Shown: piece after piece, positions 10,671 through 19,582 of the stretch
Position numbering within the stretch: position 1 is the first letter of the stretch
Layout: every line of letters starts with the position of its first letter
Origin: a virus
Virus record (IMG/VR): IMGVR_UViG_3300037487_001316
Location: 70,155 to 134,154 of that record
Length of the DNA stretch: 64,000 nt
Reading direction: 5' to 3' (one strand)
The notes under the pieces: generated by a model
Told to the model about the DNA's origin: nothing
Seen by the model: the letters and a program-made list of their open reading frames with translations, nothing else
The model's database searches: none
Program-made: the position numbers and the translations under genes

Positions 10671-11313
10671 TTACAAACCTATGACTAGACAGGAAGAGAA
10701 TGGGTTAAGGAAATATAATACACCGGATGGTAAGAGATTAGTATCTGTCACAACAATCCTAAGCAAAACACAAGATATGACCCACTTATTAGAGTGGCGT
10801 GCTAATGTGGGTGAAAAAGAAGCCACAAGAATTACAACAGAAGCAAGCGGCCTAGGCTCTGGCATGCACAATAATATAGAAAATTATATATTAGATAAAC
10901 CTATGTCTGGATCTTTTATGGCGAAGACATTGGCAAATTTAATAATTAAGAAAGGTTTATCTAAAGTAAGTGAGGTATGGGGAACAGAAATTTCTTTGTA
11001 TTCAACAGAATTATATGCCGGAACAACAGATCTTATAGGATTGCATGATGGTATACCGTCTATTATGGATTATAAGAATAGTCTGAAGGAAAAGAAAAAG
11101 GAATGGATTGAGGGGTATTTTATGCAATTATGTGCTTATGCCCTTTCTCATAATGAAATGTTTGGCACAGATATTCATCGTGGTGTCATAATGATTGCTA
11201 CAAGAGAGGCTAAATATCAGGAATTTATAATTGAAGGCGCCGAGTTTACTCACTACGAAACCCTATGGGCAAATAAGGTATGTGATTATTATAAACGCTT
11301 CTATATCAGCTAA
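10648..11313 (+). CDS. PD-(D/E)XK exonuclease (phage/Cas4-like fold)
   Basis: SVTTILS, GSGMH, E, YAGTTD, DYKN and YFMQLCAYA motifs. Confidence 0.8.
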   Translation: MNIVKKYNYKPMTRQEENGLRKYNTPDGKRLVSVTTILSKTQDMTHLLEWRANVGEKEATRITTEASGLGSGMHNNIENYILDKPMSGSFMAKTLANLIIKKGLSKVSEVWGTEISLYSTELYAGTTDLIGLHDGIPSIMDYKNSLKEKKKEWIEGYFMQLCAYALSHNEMFGTDIHRGVIMIATREAKYQEFIIEGAEFTHYETLWANKVCDYYKRFYIS

Positions 11314-11340
11314 ATACATCACAGAAGAGGATTTATAAGA

Positions 11341-11958
11341 ATGGCATCACCAGTAGTAGTTTCAAGAATTCAAAATAGACGCGGTACACAAGATCAATTT
11401 AATGCATTATATCCTCTCGGATATACAGGTACAGGTGGATGTGATATATTATTATACCCTGATATTTTATTACCAGGTGAATTAGCTCTATGTACTGATT
11501 CTCGTAGGATATTTTTAGGTAATGAAAATGGTGAATATGTAGAAATTCCCATTGTCTTAGGCGATGGCATTTTTTTACATCCATTAAGGCTTACCTTAAT
11601 CCCTGCAGCATCCTTTACACAGATACCTGAACTCGATTATCTATCTACTCCGTTTTTTACATTATTATATGATTTAACTGATGATACCTTAATGGAAGAT
11701 TGGAATACAGTTGGTACAAATTTCTCTAAGAACGGTGAATTGAAAATTACAGCAATTAATAATGAACCAACTGATGCAAGTCTGACTGATACAGGTACAG
11801 AGATAAATTTAACTCCATTATATGATATAAGTTTTAAGGCTGTATATAATAATGACCCTTTACCAAATAGCCCACATATCGAAATTTGGTATACACATAA
11901 TTTTCCTACGAATCTAACATTCAGCACAAGTACAATTAGCTGGATATCATTCTCTTAA
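11341..11958 (+). CDS. Putative virion/tail protein
   Basis: N-terminal SRIQNRRG...LLPGELALCTD motif of the type found at tail-fibre N-termini; GCTAAATA at 11309. Confidence 0.55.
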   Translation: MASPVVVSRIQNRRGTQDQFNALYPLGYTGTGGCDILLYPDILLPGELALCTDSRRIFLGNENGEYVEIPIVLGDGIFLHPLRLTLIPAASFTQIPELDYLSTPFFTLLYDLTDDTLMEDWNTVGTNFSKNGELKITAINNEPTDASLTDTGTEINLTPLYDISFKAVYNNDPLPNSPHIEIWYTHNFPTNLTFSTSTISWISFS

Positions 11959-11967
11959 TATAAACAT

Positions 11968-12405
11968 ATGAGTTGGAATACAATTCCTAATGACGAGCGG
12001 CTCCACCTCTGGAAAAAATTAAGAGATGATGTTCGCCTACTTCCTTTGACAGAACAATTAACTGAGATTGCTAAATTCTGTTCTAAAATGCCATTTGGCT
12101 CCCGAACCCTAGACTATTATAGTCCCGAAGATTGGCCCACACCGTGGGAAATATTATTCCACGGTTCTTTCTGCACAAGCTCTATTAGTCTGCTAATATT
12201 TTATACATTAACACTTCAAAACCCCTCTACAGACGTAGAATTACAGCTAGTCGAGGATGATGACGGGCTGTATTTATTGCCGATTATAAATGACCAGTTT
12301 GTCTTGAATTATGAGCTGGGCGCGGTAAATAATTACTCAGAAATTCAAAATAACTTTAAAGTATTACAAAAATATACCAAAGAAGAGATTAAAAATATAA
12401 CTTAA
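11968..12405 (+). CDS. Hypothetical protein
   Basis: ORF in operon. Confidence 0.7.
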   Translation: MSWNTIPNDERLHLWKKLRDDVRLLPLTEQLTEIAKFCSKMPFGSRTLDYYSPEDWPTPWEILFHGSFCTSSISLLIFYTLTLQNPSTDVELQLVEDDDGLYLLPIINDQFVLNYELGAVNNYSEIQNNFKVLQKYTKEEIKNIT

Positions 12406-12459
12406 GAAGATTACATTAACGGCCCGTTCATGGGTCGTTATACATTTCCCGGAGAAAAA

Positions 12460-14349
12460 ATGCTATACGAAACCTACATCGCTAAATCCAGATATGCCCG
12501 CTACATTGATGCTAAGAAGCGTCGAGAGAATTGGGATGAAACTGTTGAGCGTTATTTTGATTTTTTAGAAAATCATTTACAACAGAAACATAATTACGAA
12601 TTATCTGAATCGATGAGAGCAGAATTGCAGAGTGCCGTTACAAATTTCGAAGTTATGCCTTCTATGCGAGCATTAATGACTGCAGGTAGGGCATTAGAAC
12701 GTGATAATACAGCTGGTTATAATTGTTCTTATTTGCCAATTGATGATCCGAAAGCGTTTGATGAAGCAATGTTTATTTTATTGTGTGGCACCGGAGTAGG
12801 TTTTAGTGTAGAAAGACAATATATAGCAAAATTACCCGAAGTACCTGAAAAGATTTTCGATAGTGAATCAACAATTGTTGTATCTGATAGTAAAGAGGGT
12901 TGGGCTAAATCGCTGCGCCAGGTTATTGCAATGTTATATTCCGGTGAAGCACCGAGATGGGACGTAAGCAAGGTTCGTGCAGCAGGCGCTAGACTAAAGA
13001 CCTTCGGCGGAAGAGCATCGGGCCCTGAACCTTTGGTAGAATTATTTAAATTTGTGGTAAAAGTATTTAAGAATGCTCAAGGCCGTAAATTAAACAGTAT
13101 CGAATGTCACGATATTATGTGTAAGGTGGGCGAAGTGGTTGTAGTTGGTGGAGTTCGTCGTTCCGCTATGATCTCTTTGTCCAACCTTTCTGATGATCGT
13201 ATGCGTAATGCTAAGACAGGTTCGTGGTGGGAGACACAAGGACAACGTGCTTTGGCTAATAATAGTGCATGCCACACAGAAAGACCCGACGTTGGTATCT
13301 TTATGAAAGAATGGTCTTCACTTTATGAGTCAAAATCAGGTGAACGCGGTATCTTTAATAGAGAAGCAGCCAAAAATATTGTTAAGATGAATGGTCGTCG
13401 TAGTCCTGACTTTGAATTCGGTACTAATCCTTGTGCAGAAATTATTTTACGTCCTTATCAATTCTGTAATTTGACTGAAATAATTGTTCGTGCAACAGAT
13501 ACATTAGAAGATTTGCTAAGAAAAGCTCGTATTGCAACAATAATGGGCACATTTCAGTCAACAATGACACATTTTCCGTATTTACGTAAGATATGGAGAG
13601 ATAATACAGAGCAAGAACGCTTACTTGGTGTGTCAATGACAGGTATTCTTGATAATCACTTACTTAATAACCCCACTGACGACGGATTACCTGCTCGTCT
13701 CGAGGCATTAAAGACTCTTACTATAGATACAAATGCAGAATTAGCGGCTATTTTAGGTATTCCAGCTTCTGCAGCAATTACAGCGGTAAAACCATCCGGT
13801 ACGGTATCTCAGTTAACAGATACAGCAAGCGGTATTCATCCACGCCATGCTGCTTATTACTATAGACGTATCCGTGGTGATATTAAAGATCCACTTACTA
13901 AGGCTATGATGGCAGCAGGTGTACCACACGATCCCGATGTTATGAAACCCGGTAGCACCATGGTGTTTACCTTCCCAAAGAAGGCACCAGAAGGTGCAGT
14001 TCTCCGTTCTCAACTTGATGCTATCAAGCATTTGAATCTATGGCTTGTTTATCAGCAACATTATTGTGAGCATAAACCATCTGTAACCATCTCGGTAAGT
14101 GAAAGAGAATGGCCAGCAGTTGGTGCATTTGTATGGGATCACTTTGACGAGATGTCCGGTGTATCATTCTTGCCATACGACGGCGGCAATTATAAGCAAG
14201 CACCTTACGAAGATTGCACACAGGCAGAATTTGAAGCATTATCGGCTAAGATGCCAAAGAGCATTGATTGGGATGCCATAGTTGAGATGGAAGATAATGT
14301 GGAAGGCACACAGATGTTAGCTTGTACAGCTGGTGGCTGCGAAATTTAA
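12460..14349 (+). CDS. nrdJ: Class II (adenosylcobalamin-dependent) ribonucleotide reductase
   Basis: YNCSY, GTGVGFS, GGVRRSA, TNPCAE, KPSGT, HKPSVT and C-terminal CTAGGCEI. GGAG RBS before ATG 12460. Confidence 0.93.
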   Translation: MLYETYIAKSRYARYIDAKKRRENWDETVERYFDFLENHLQQKHNYELSESMRAELQSAVTNFEVMPSMRALMTAGRALERDNTAGYNCSYLPIDDPKAFDEAMFILLCGTGVGFSVERQYIAKLPEVPEKIFDSESTIVVSDSKEGWAKSLRQVIAMLYSGEAPRWDVSKVRAAGARLKTFGGRASGPEPLVELFKFVVKVFKNAQGRKLNSIECHDIMCKVGEVVVVGGVRRSAMISLSNLSDDRMRNAKTGSWWETQGQRALANNSACHTERPDVGIFMKEWSSLYESKSGERGIFNREAAKNIVKMNGRRSPDFEFGTNPCAEIILRPYQFCNLTEIIVRATDTLEDLLRKARIATIMGTFQSTMTHFPYLRKIWRDNTEQERLLGVSMTGILDNHLLNNPTDDGLPARLEALKTLTIDTNAELAAILGIPASAAITAVKPSGTVSQLTDTASGIHPRHAAYYYRRIRGDIKDPLTKAMMAAGVPHDPDVMKPGSTMVFTFPKKAPEGAVLRSQLDAIKHLNLWLVYQQHYCEHKPSVTISVSEREWPAVGAFVWDHFDEMSGVSFLPYDGGNYKQAPYEDCTQAEFEALSAKMPKSIDWDAIVEMEDNVEGTQMLACTAGGCEI

Positions 14350-14417
14350 TTTTGAGTATTTGTGTTCCTAATACTGTATGTGTATAATTACTAAAAACGT
14401 TAATAACAAGGATTAAA

Positions 14418-14729
14418 ATGTTAACACAAAAACAGAAAGACACACCGTATATAGGCGTATTTAAATTATCCACAGGAGAAGAGGTTATAGCTAGTGTTGT
14501 TGAAGAAACATCAGCAGGATATGTAATTAAAAATCCATTATGTATGGTACCTACACAAAAAGGTTATCAATTTGCACCATTATTGATGATGGCTGATCCA
14601 AGTAAACCTGTTACATTAAATGGGTCATTGGTTGTAGCAACTACACAACCTGTCACAGAATTAGAGGGCCAGTATGAGAGTCTTACAACTGGAATTGCCC
14701 TACCGCAGAAGAGCTCAATCATAACTTAA
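14418..14729 (+). CDS. Hypothetical protein, possible Sm-like beta fold
   Basis: FKLSTGEEVIA...IKNP pattern. Confidence 0.6.
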   Translation: MLTQKQKDTPYIGVFKLSTGEEVIASVVEETSAGYVIKNPLCMVPTQKGYQFAPLLMMADPSKPVTLNGSLVVATTQPVTELEGQYESLTTGIALPQKSSIIT

Positions 14730-14743
14730 CACACAAGGAATAT

Positions 14744-14941
14744 ATGTCAACACGAACTGCTCCAAAGACTCCATACGAAATTAGACTTGATCTACTCGAA
14801 CTTGCTCGCGATATATTACAATCTCAGCATGATGCCAAAGCTGTGCTGACAGCCGGAAAAACTGCTCCTACTACAGAAGAAGTTATTACCGAAGCTGAAA
14901 AGATGAATGCATTTATCTCCAAGGCAAGCCAATCTCATTAA
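14744..14941 (+). CDS. Small hypothetical protein
   Basis: AAGGA RBS; helical PYEIRLDLL motif. Confidence 0.7.
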   Translation: MSTRTAPKTPYEIRLDLLELARDILQSQHDAKAVLTAGKTAPTTEEVITEAEKMNAFISKASQSH

Positions 14942-14943
14942 AC

Positions 14944-14972
14944 TTGACAATCCGGTGTTGATACAATAAAAT
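14944..14972 (+). promoter_or_regulatory. Sigma70-like promoter embedded in a long inverted repeat
   Basis: TTGACA-17-TAAAAT. Confidence 0.75.
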
Positions 14973-14993
14973 GTGTCAACACCGGATTCTCTT

Positions 14994-15773
14994 ATGTATA
15001 AACGTATCAGTAAAACACTAAAAAGATTTAAATCTTGGATGAAATTTGATCCGCCGGGATCAATGACATCAAAAGGTTGGCGCCTTTTTGACGAAGAATT
15101 TAAAGAAAAGGCACCAATTCGACATTGGTTTAAAACAAGTTTTAAGAGAGCAGTTATATATCCGGTTATGTGGAAATATAAGGATATCAAATATTGGATT
15201 CTATATAGAACAACTCGTCAATACCATAAATTAGATTCAGGATTGAAGCCGGGATACTACGAAATTGATACTTTAATGTTAAATGTTAATTTTAACATGT
15301 TAAAAGATTTTGTTGAAGTAGAACAAGCAATACACACATATTGGTGGTCAGAGGATAGTAAGGCTGCTAGTTGGTGCGAGAAGCATATGCCTTTTTATTT
15401 TAAGTTCTACCCGTTTAGACGACCCGACTTAGGTATAAAGCACCTCGATTGGGCCGCTACCTTAGATGATCCAAAGTTACCTCCACACGAACGAAGTGAT
15501 AGACAGGCAGCAGATGCAAGGGAAATTAAAATTCTATATAAATGGTGGGTAGAAGAAAGACCTGCTCGTAAAGAAATAGAACATACCCCTTATGACGATC
15601 AAGGAATGGGTTCTCTAGGTTGTTTTGATGATGACTTTGATAGGGAGGCCGAAGACTTCAAAACTCATATTGCATCTATGGAGCAAGGTAATAAACAAGA
15701 AGAAAATTGGCGTGAAGAAGACACAGCAATGTTGATTAGACTCATTAAAATTCGTCAAAGCCTATGGACCTAA
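14994..15773 (+). CDS. Hypothetical protein (Trp-rich)
   Basis: ORF; ATG 14994 lies downstream of the promoter (start uncertain). Confidence 0.7.
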   Translation: MYKRISKTLKRFKSWMKFDPPGSMTSKGWRLFDEEFKEKAPIRHWFKTSFKRAVIYPVMWKYKDIKYWILYRTTRQYHKLDSGLKPGYYEIDTLMLNVNFNMLKDFVEVEQAIHTYWWSEDSKAASWCEKHMPFYFKFYPFRRPDLGIKHLDWAATLDDPKLPPHERSDRQAADAREIKILYKWWVEERPARKEIEHTPYDDQGMGSLGCFDDDFDREAEDFKTHIASMEQGNKQEENWREEDTAMLIRLIKIRQSLWT

Positions 15774-16141
15774 ATATCCCGCCTGATCTCGAACACGAGA
15801 TGGAACATGATGCTATAGTAATTTCTTACCTTGAAAATATAGATATAGCAAGACAATTTTATGCCGCATTATGTAATATGCGATGGAAGAAAGAAGACAA
15901 TCGCCCCGAAGATCAACAAATTATAGATAAGTTGAAAGGTGTAGATTCAACTGTCTGGTCAGTTAGTTGGAGAGGTTCGGGTGGAATCATTGCGGACATT
16001 CGTAATAAACACTATAATACAGCAGAAGACTATATGAGTTTTTATTGTAGCGGAAATGAAGGGTTTGTTTCCGACTTGGTTAATGAGTGTTTTAAACGAA
16101 TGGGGTGGAAACAATTTCCATGGGACGATGACTTTCTCTAA
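15764..16141 (+). CDS. Hypothetical protein
   Basis: ORF overlapping its neighbours. Confidence 0.7.
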   Translation: MDLNIPPDLEHEMEHDAIVISYLENIDIARQFYAALCNMRWKKEDNRPEDQQIIDKLKGVDSTVWSVSWRGSGGIIADIRNKHYNTAEDYMSFYCSGNEGFVSDLVNECFKRMGWKQFPWDDDFL

Positions 16142-16910
16142 TTTAGCAAATCATGTAAGGAATAAATTTGATGGGATGCTGGTATTCGGTGATGTTCATG
16201 CCGATTACGAATCCTTTAAGCGTGCCTATGAGTATGCAATCGCCCATAATTATTTTCTTATGTCAATCGGGGACTTAGTAGATCGCGGTTCGGGCCCATA
16301 TCAGGTTGTATCTCGTATGGCCGAATTAGCTGAGGTTGGTAAAGCAGGACTCACTATCGGGAACCACGATGATAAATTCAATCGTTTCTATAAAGGTGCT
16401 AAAGTAAGCTTCTCAGTGGATGCTAAGAATACATTAGCTAATGTAGGAGCAGAAAAACAGTACGATTTTCTGAAAATGTATTCAACTCTTGTTGAAAGGC
16501 CTATGTTTTCTTCAATGTTTCATACATTCGATGACATTACATTAGTTCATGCTGCGAGTCATGCAAGTATGTGGGATTCTACTATAAAGTTTGGCAGTGA
16601 AGCACGTTCACGAGCCTTATATGGTGAAGTAAATGGAAAAATGAATGAGAGAGGTTTTCCTATGCGATTCTATAATTGGATAGAGGATATTCCTATGGGT
16701 AAGACCGTTGTGGTAGGACACGATTGCTCACCGATCTTCAATGTAGATATAACAGAACCCATGGTAAAAACAAATAGCAAAGGTGGCCGCGCAGTTTTTA
16801 TCGATACTGGTTGTGGTAAACGTGGAATCTTAAGCGGCGTAGTCGTTACTCACGATAAAAAACATTTTAAGATCGGTGATTTTGTTAAATTTAACGAAAA
16901 CGCAGAATAA
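16128..16910 (+). CDS. Calcineurin-like metallophosphoesterase (Ser/Thr phosphatase/ApaH-like)
   Basis: GDVH, GDLVDRG, GNHD, VHA, VVGH and IDTG motifs. Confidence 0.88.
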   Translation: MTFSNLANHVRNKFDGMLVFGDVHADYESFKRAYEYAIAHNYFLMSIGDLVDRGSGPYQVVSRMAELAEVGKAGLTIGNHDDKFNRFYKGAKVSFSVDAKNTLANVGAEKQYDFLKMYSTLVERPMFSSMFHTFDDITLVHAASHASMWDSTIKFGSEARSRALYGEVNGKMNERGFPMRFYNWIEDIPMGKTVVVGHDCSPIFNVDITEPMVKTNSKGGRAVFIDTGCGKRGILSGVVVTHDKKHFKIGDFVKFNENAE

Positions 16911-16911
16911 T

Positions 16912-16940
16912 TTGACATCTATGCTGTCGAAGTGTATTAT
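16912..16940 (+). promoter_or_regulatory. Sigma70-like promoter
   Basis: TTGACA-17-TATTAT with TG extension. Confidence 0.7.
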
Positions 16941-16993
16941 TACAACTGTTGCAGCTATTAGGGCAGTAACAAATTTTTAACCCGGAGAAATTT

Positions 16994-17245
16994 ATGACAA
17001 CAAACACAAAGAAATTGGTAAAGATTGACAAGACCGTTACGTTTATTGCTGTACCTAACAGTAGCCTTATCGTGTCTTATGCCCGCGCAGCTGGCGATTT
17101 GGCACTGAAGCTGAAGAATGGTTCTACATACATCTACAAGGGTGTTGATGAAAAGACATTCAAGGGTTTTGTTGATGCCGCATCCAAGGGCAAGTATTTT
17201 GGTGCCAGCATCCGTAACAAGTTCGTTGCTGAACAGGCTGAGTAA
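16994..17245 (+). CDS. KTSC-domain protein
   Basis: SS.I...L...NG..Y.Y.GV......F..A.SKG.YF...IR pattern. Confidence 0.85.
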   Translation: MTTNTKKLVKIDKTVTFIAVPNSSLIVSYARAAGDLALKLKNGSTYIYKGVDEKTFKGFVDAASKGKYFGASIRNKFVAEQAE

Positions 17246-17254
17246 TTATTTAAT

Positions 17255-17284
17255 GGATTGTATAGGAAACTATACAATCCTTTT
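17255..17284 (+). terminator. Rho-independent terminator
   Basis: GGATTGTATAG-GAAA-CTATACAATCC followed by TTTT. Confidence 0.75.
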
Positions 17285-17287
17285 ATA

Positions 17288-17719
17288 ATGAACAAAGGCA
17301 TAATTGGCGTAACAGCCGGCAGTTTCGACTTAACACACGCCGGACATTTTCTAATGTTTGAAGAATGTAAAGGTAATTGTGATTATCTAATTGTATTACT
17401 TCAAACCAATCCCCACACCGATCGACCAGATAAAAATATTCCTGTACAAAGTACACATGAACGGTATCTACAGGTTCGTGCTTGCAAATACATCGATGAG
17501 GTTGTGGTTTACGAGACAGAACAAGATCTGTATAATTTACTTTGCTCAATCAAGTTTGATAAACGATTTATTGGATCAGATTGGCAAGGGAAACCATTTA
17601 CCGGGCATGATATTACCGGTATGATGGAGAAGGTAGTTTTTAATTCTAGAAATCATGGATTCTCAACTAGCAGTTTACGAAAAAGAGTATATGAAGCAGA
17701 AAATAGCAAACTTATCTAA
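17288..17719 (+). CDS. Cytidylyltransferase, TagD/glycerol-3-phosphate CT family
   Basis: GSFDLTHAGH (HxGH), ER, IGSDW and FSTSSLR motifs. Confidence 0.85.
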   Translation: MNKGIIGVTAGSFDLTHAGHFLMFEECKGNCDYLIVLLQTNPHTDRPDKNIPVQSTHERYLQVRACKYIDEVVVYETEQDLYNLLCSIKFDKRFIGSDWQGKPFTGHDITGMMEKVVFNSRNHGFSTSSLRKRVYEAENSKLI

Positions 17720-17963
17720 GTGGAACATTAGCATTGAGTATGGTCCAGTTGCAGCAGATGTTCATCACATCGTGGTTGATGCTGCAAACTCAGAAGAGGC
17801 TTTAATTAAGGCCGAAAAATGGGCCAAAGATAACAATGTAAAGAGTCCTATGTTTAGCGAACCGTATGAAGATTCATACGACGACTTCTTAGAATGGACA
17901 CCCGAAGAGGAAGAAGAGTTTCTACTTATAGTTAGTAAATCGACTAATATTGACGAAAGTTAA
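17691..17963 (+). CDS. Hypothetical protein
   Basis: ORF (start uncertain). Confidence 0.6.
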   Translation: MKQKIANLSKWNISIEYGPVAADVHHIVVDAANSEEALIKAEKWAKDNNVKSPMFSEPYEDSYDDFLEWTPEEEEEFLLIVSKSTNIDES

Positions 17964-17965
17964 TT

Positions 17966-18244
17966 ATGGAATTTTTACGTTTTATTAAGTGGCAATGGAA
18001 TCGTATAAACAGAGATGATAAAGCATTCTATATATTATTGTTAATAGCTGTTGCATCGATCGGGTATACCTGGTATATTGGTTCCACATTTATAACAATA
18101 TTATTGACTGCCTTTGGTATATTTATACTCGGGGTAGCAATATGGTATCTATTTATTGCAACAGAAAAACAGTGGAATCTGTATAAGAAGATAAAAGAAC
18201 AAGAAGTCGAAGAGATTGTTCGTAAACTACGTGGCACCTATTGA
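17966..18244 (+). CDS. Small membrane protein (2 TM)
   Basis: Two hydrophobic stretches. Confidence 0.7.
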   Translation: MEFLRFIKWQWNRINRDDKAFYILLLIAVASIGYTWYIGSTFITILLTAFGIFILGVAIWYLFIATEKQWNLYKKIKEQEVEEIVRKLRGTY

Positions 18245-18270
18245 CCTAAACAGTGCCTTTAATTTATAAT
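18241..18270 (+). promoter_or_regulatory. Sigma70-like promoter of nadM-nudix
   Basis: TTGACC-18-TATAAT; GCTAAATA also at 18275. Confidence 0.65.
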
Positions 18271-18335
18271 AAAGGCTAAATAACAATAGTAGAGATAGAC
18301 TTTACTATATCATTAAACAACATAGGATTTATGTT

Positions 18336-19364
18336 ATGACAAAACAGTATCATACACTTGTATTCATCGGCCGCTTTCAACCGGTCCACAACGCTCATAC
18401 AGAAATTATCCGTAGAGCAAGCAAACTCTCCAAACAAATTATTATCATTGTCGGTAGTGCCAATCAACCACGGACTTATAAGAATCCGTGGACAAGCAAA
18501 GACCGCCAAAACATGCTCGAAAATGTTCTGAACTATATAGTTCCGGAAACCGAATGTGCAGTTCGCATAGAGCATAATGTAGACACAATTTATAACGATA
18601 CAGCATGGGCTGGTCGCATTCAGTCTATTGTGGCAAAACATACACAGCCCGGTGATAAAATTGGTGTGATTGGTCACAAGAAAGATAGCACTTGTTTCTA
18701 TCTTGATATGTTTCCGCAATGGGAACAAGTAGAAGTTCCGTTATTGGAGCCACTCAATGCTACAAATATCCGTGATCTTTACTTTCGTCGAGATGCTAAT
18801 ATGCACTTTATTCAGGGTGTTGTACCACAACCTGTATTTAGATTGCTCGAAGGTTGGAAAGATACACCTGAATACGAACAAATTATTCGAGAACGAGAAT
18901 TTGTTGAAATGTATAAGAAACAATATTCAAGTTTACCATATGCGCCTGTTTTTGTAACAACAGATGCAGTGGTAATATGCTCCGGGCATATACTAATGAT
19001 TCGTCGTAAGAGTGAACCCGGTAAGGGGTTGTGGGCATTGCCTGGTGGGTTTTTAAATGCACAGACTGACCGAAGCATACAAGATGCTATGATTAGGGAA
19101 TTGCGAGAAGAGACCGGGATTAAAGTACCATCCCCTGTACTGATCGGTAATATTAATAAAGTCAGGGTGTTTGATGCCATTGATCGAAGTACTCGCGGCC
19201 GCACAATAACCCATGTATTTAAAATAGATCTTCCCGACGGAGTATTACCGAAAGTGAGGGGAATAGACGACGCTGATAAGGCTCGGTTTATGCCGTTAAG
19301 CGAATTGGATTCTGCCGTATGTTTTGAAGATCATTTTGAAATTATTTCTTCCTTGATTGCATAA
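18336..19364 (+). CDS. nadM: Bifunctional NMN adenylyltransferase / ADP-ribose pyrophosphatase (NadM-Nudix)
   Basis: GRFQPVHNAH and NATNIR motifs; Nudix box GG...RELREETG. Confidence 0.93.
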   Translation: MTKQYHTLVFIGRFQPVHNAHTEIIRRASKLSKQIIIIVGSANQPRTYKNPWTSKDRQNMLENVLNYIVPETECAVRIEHNVDTIYNDTAWAGRIQSIVAKHTQPGDKIGVIGHKKDSTCFYLDMFPQWEQVEVPLLEPLNATNIRDLYFRRDANMHFIQGVVPQPVFRLLEGWKDTPEYEQIIREREFVEMYKKQYSSLPYAPVFVTTDAVVICSGHILMIRRKSEPGKGLWALPGGFLNAQTDRSIQDAMIRELREETGIKVPSPVLIGNINKVRVFDAIDRSTRGRTITHVFKIDLPDGVLPKVRGIDDADKARFMPLSELDSAVCFEDHFEIISSLIA

Positions 19365-19493
19365 TCTATTTACCGTATAAGACGGTAGAGGAATCACTTA
19401 AACTGGCAGGCTACGATGTGTTGGTTTTTGTTCCTTCGATGGACGAGGAACAAGGATTAGTTACGTGCGGGAATTTGGTATTGTCCAAAAAAA

Positions 19494-19522
19494 TTGACTT
19501 AAAATAGTAATTCTGCTACAAT
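19494..19522 (+). promoter_or_regulatory. Sigma70-like promoter of nadV
   Basis: TTGACT-17-TACAAT with TGn extension. Confidence 0.75.
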
Positions 19523-19582
19523 AAGTCATAGTAAGAAAAGTCCCGACGATAGAGTTGGGCATTTAAATAAAGGAACTTTATT

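Noticed and set aside
12417-12440. Hairpin before nrdJ as a cobalamin riboswitch
   Set aside because: Only one 9-bp stem in a ~55-nt gap, too small and without a B12 box.
12460-14349. Intein or intron in nrdJ or the other conserved enzymes
   Set aside because: Lengths are normal and no splice-junction motifs are evident.
19340-19507. Stop-free 55-codon frame between nadM and nadV (…LPYKTVEESLKLAGYDVLVFVP…)
   Set aside because: No convincing start, RBS or slippery site; it may be a gene remnant but cannot be supported as a CDS.
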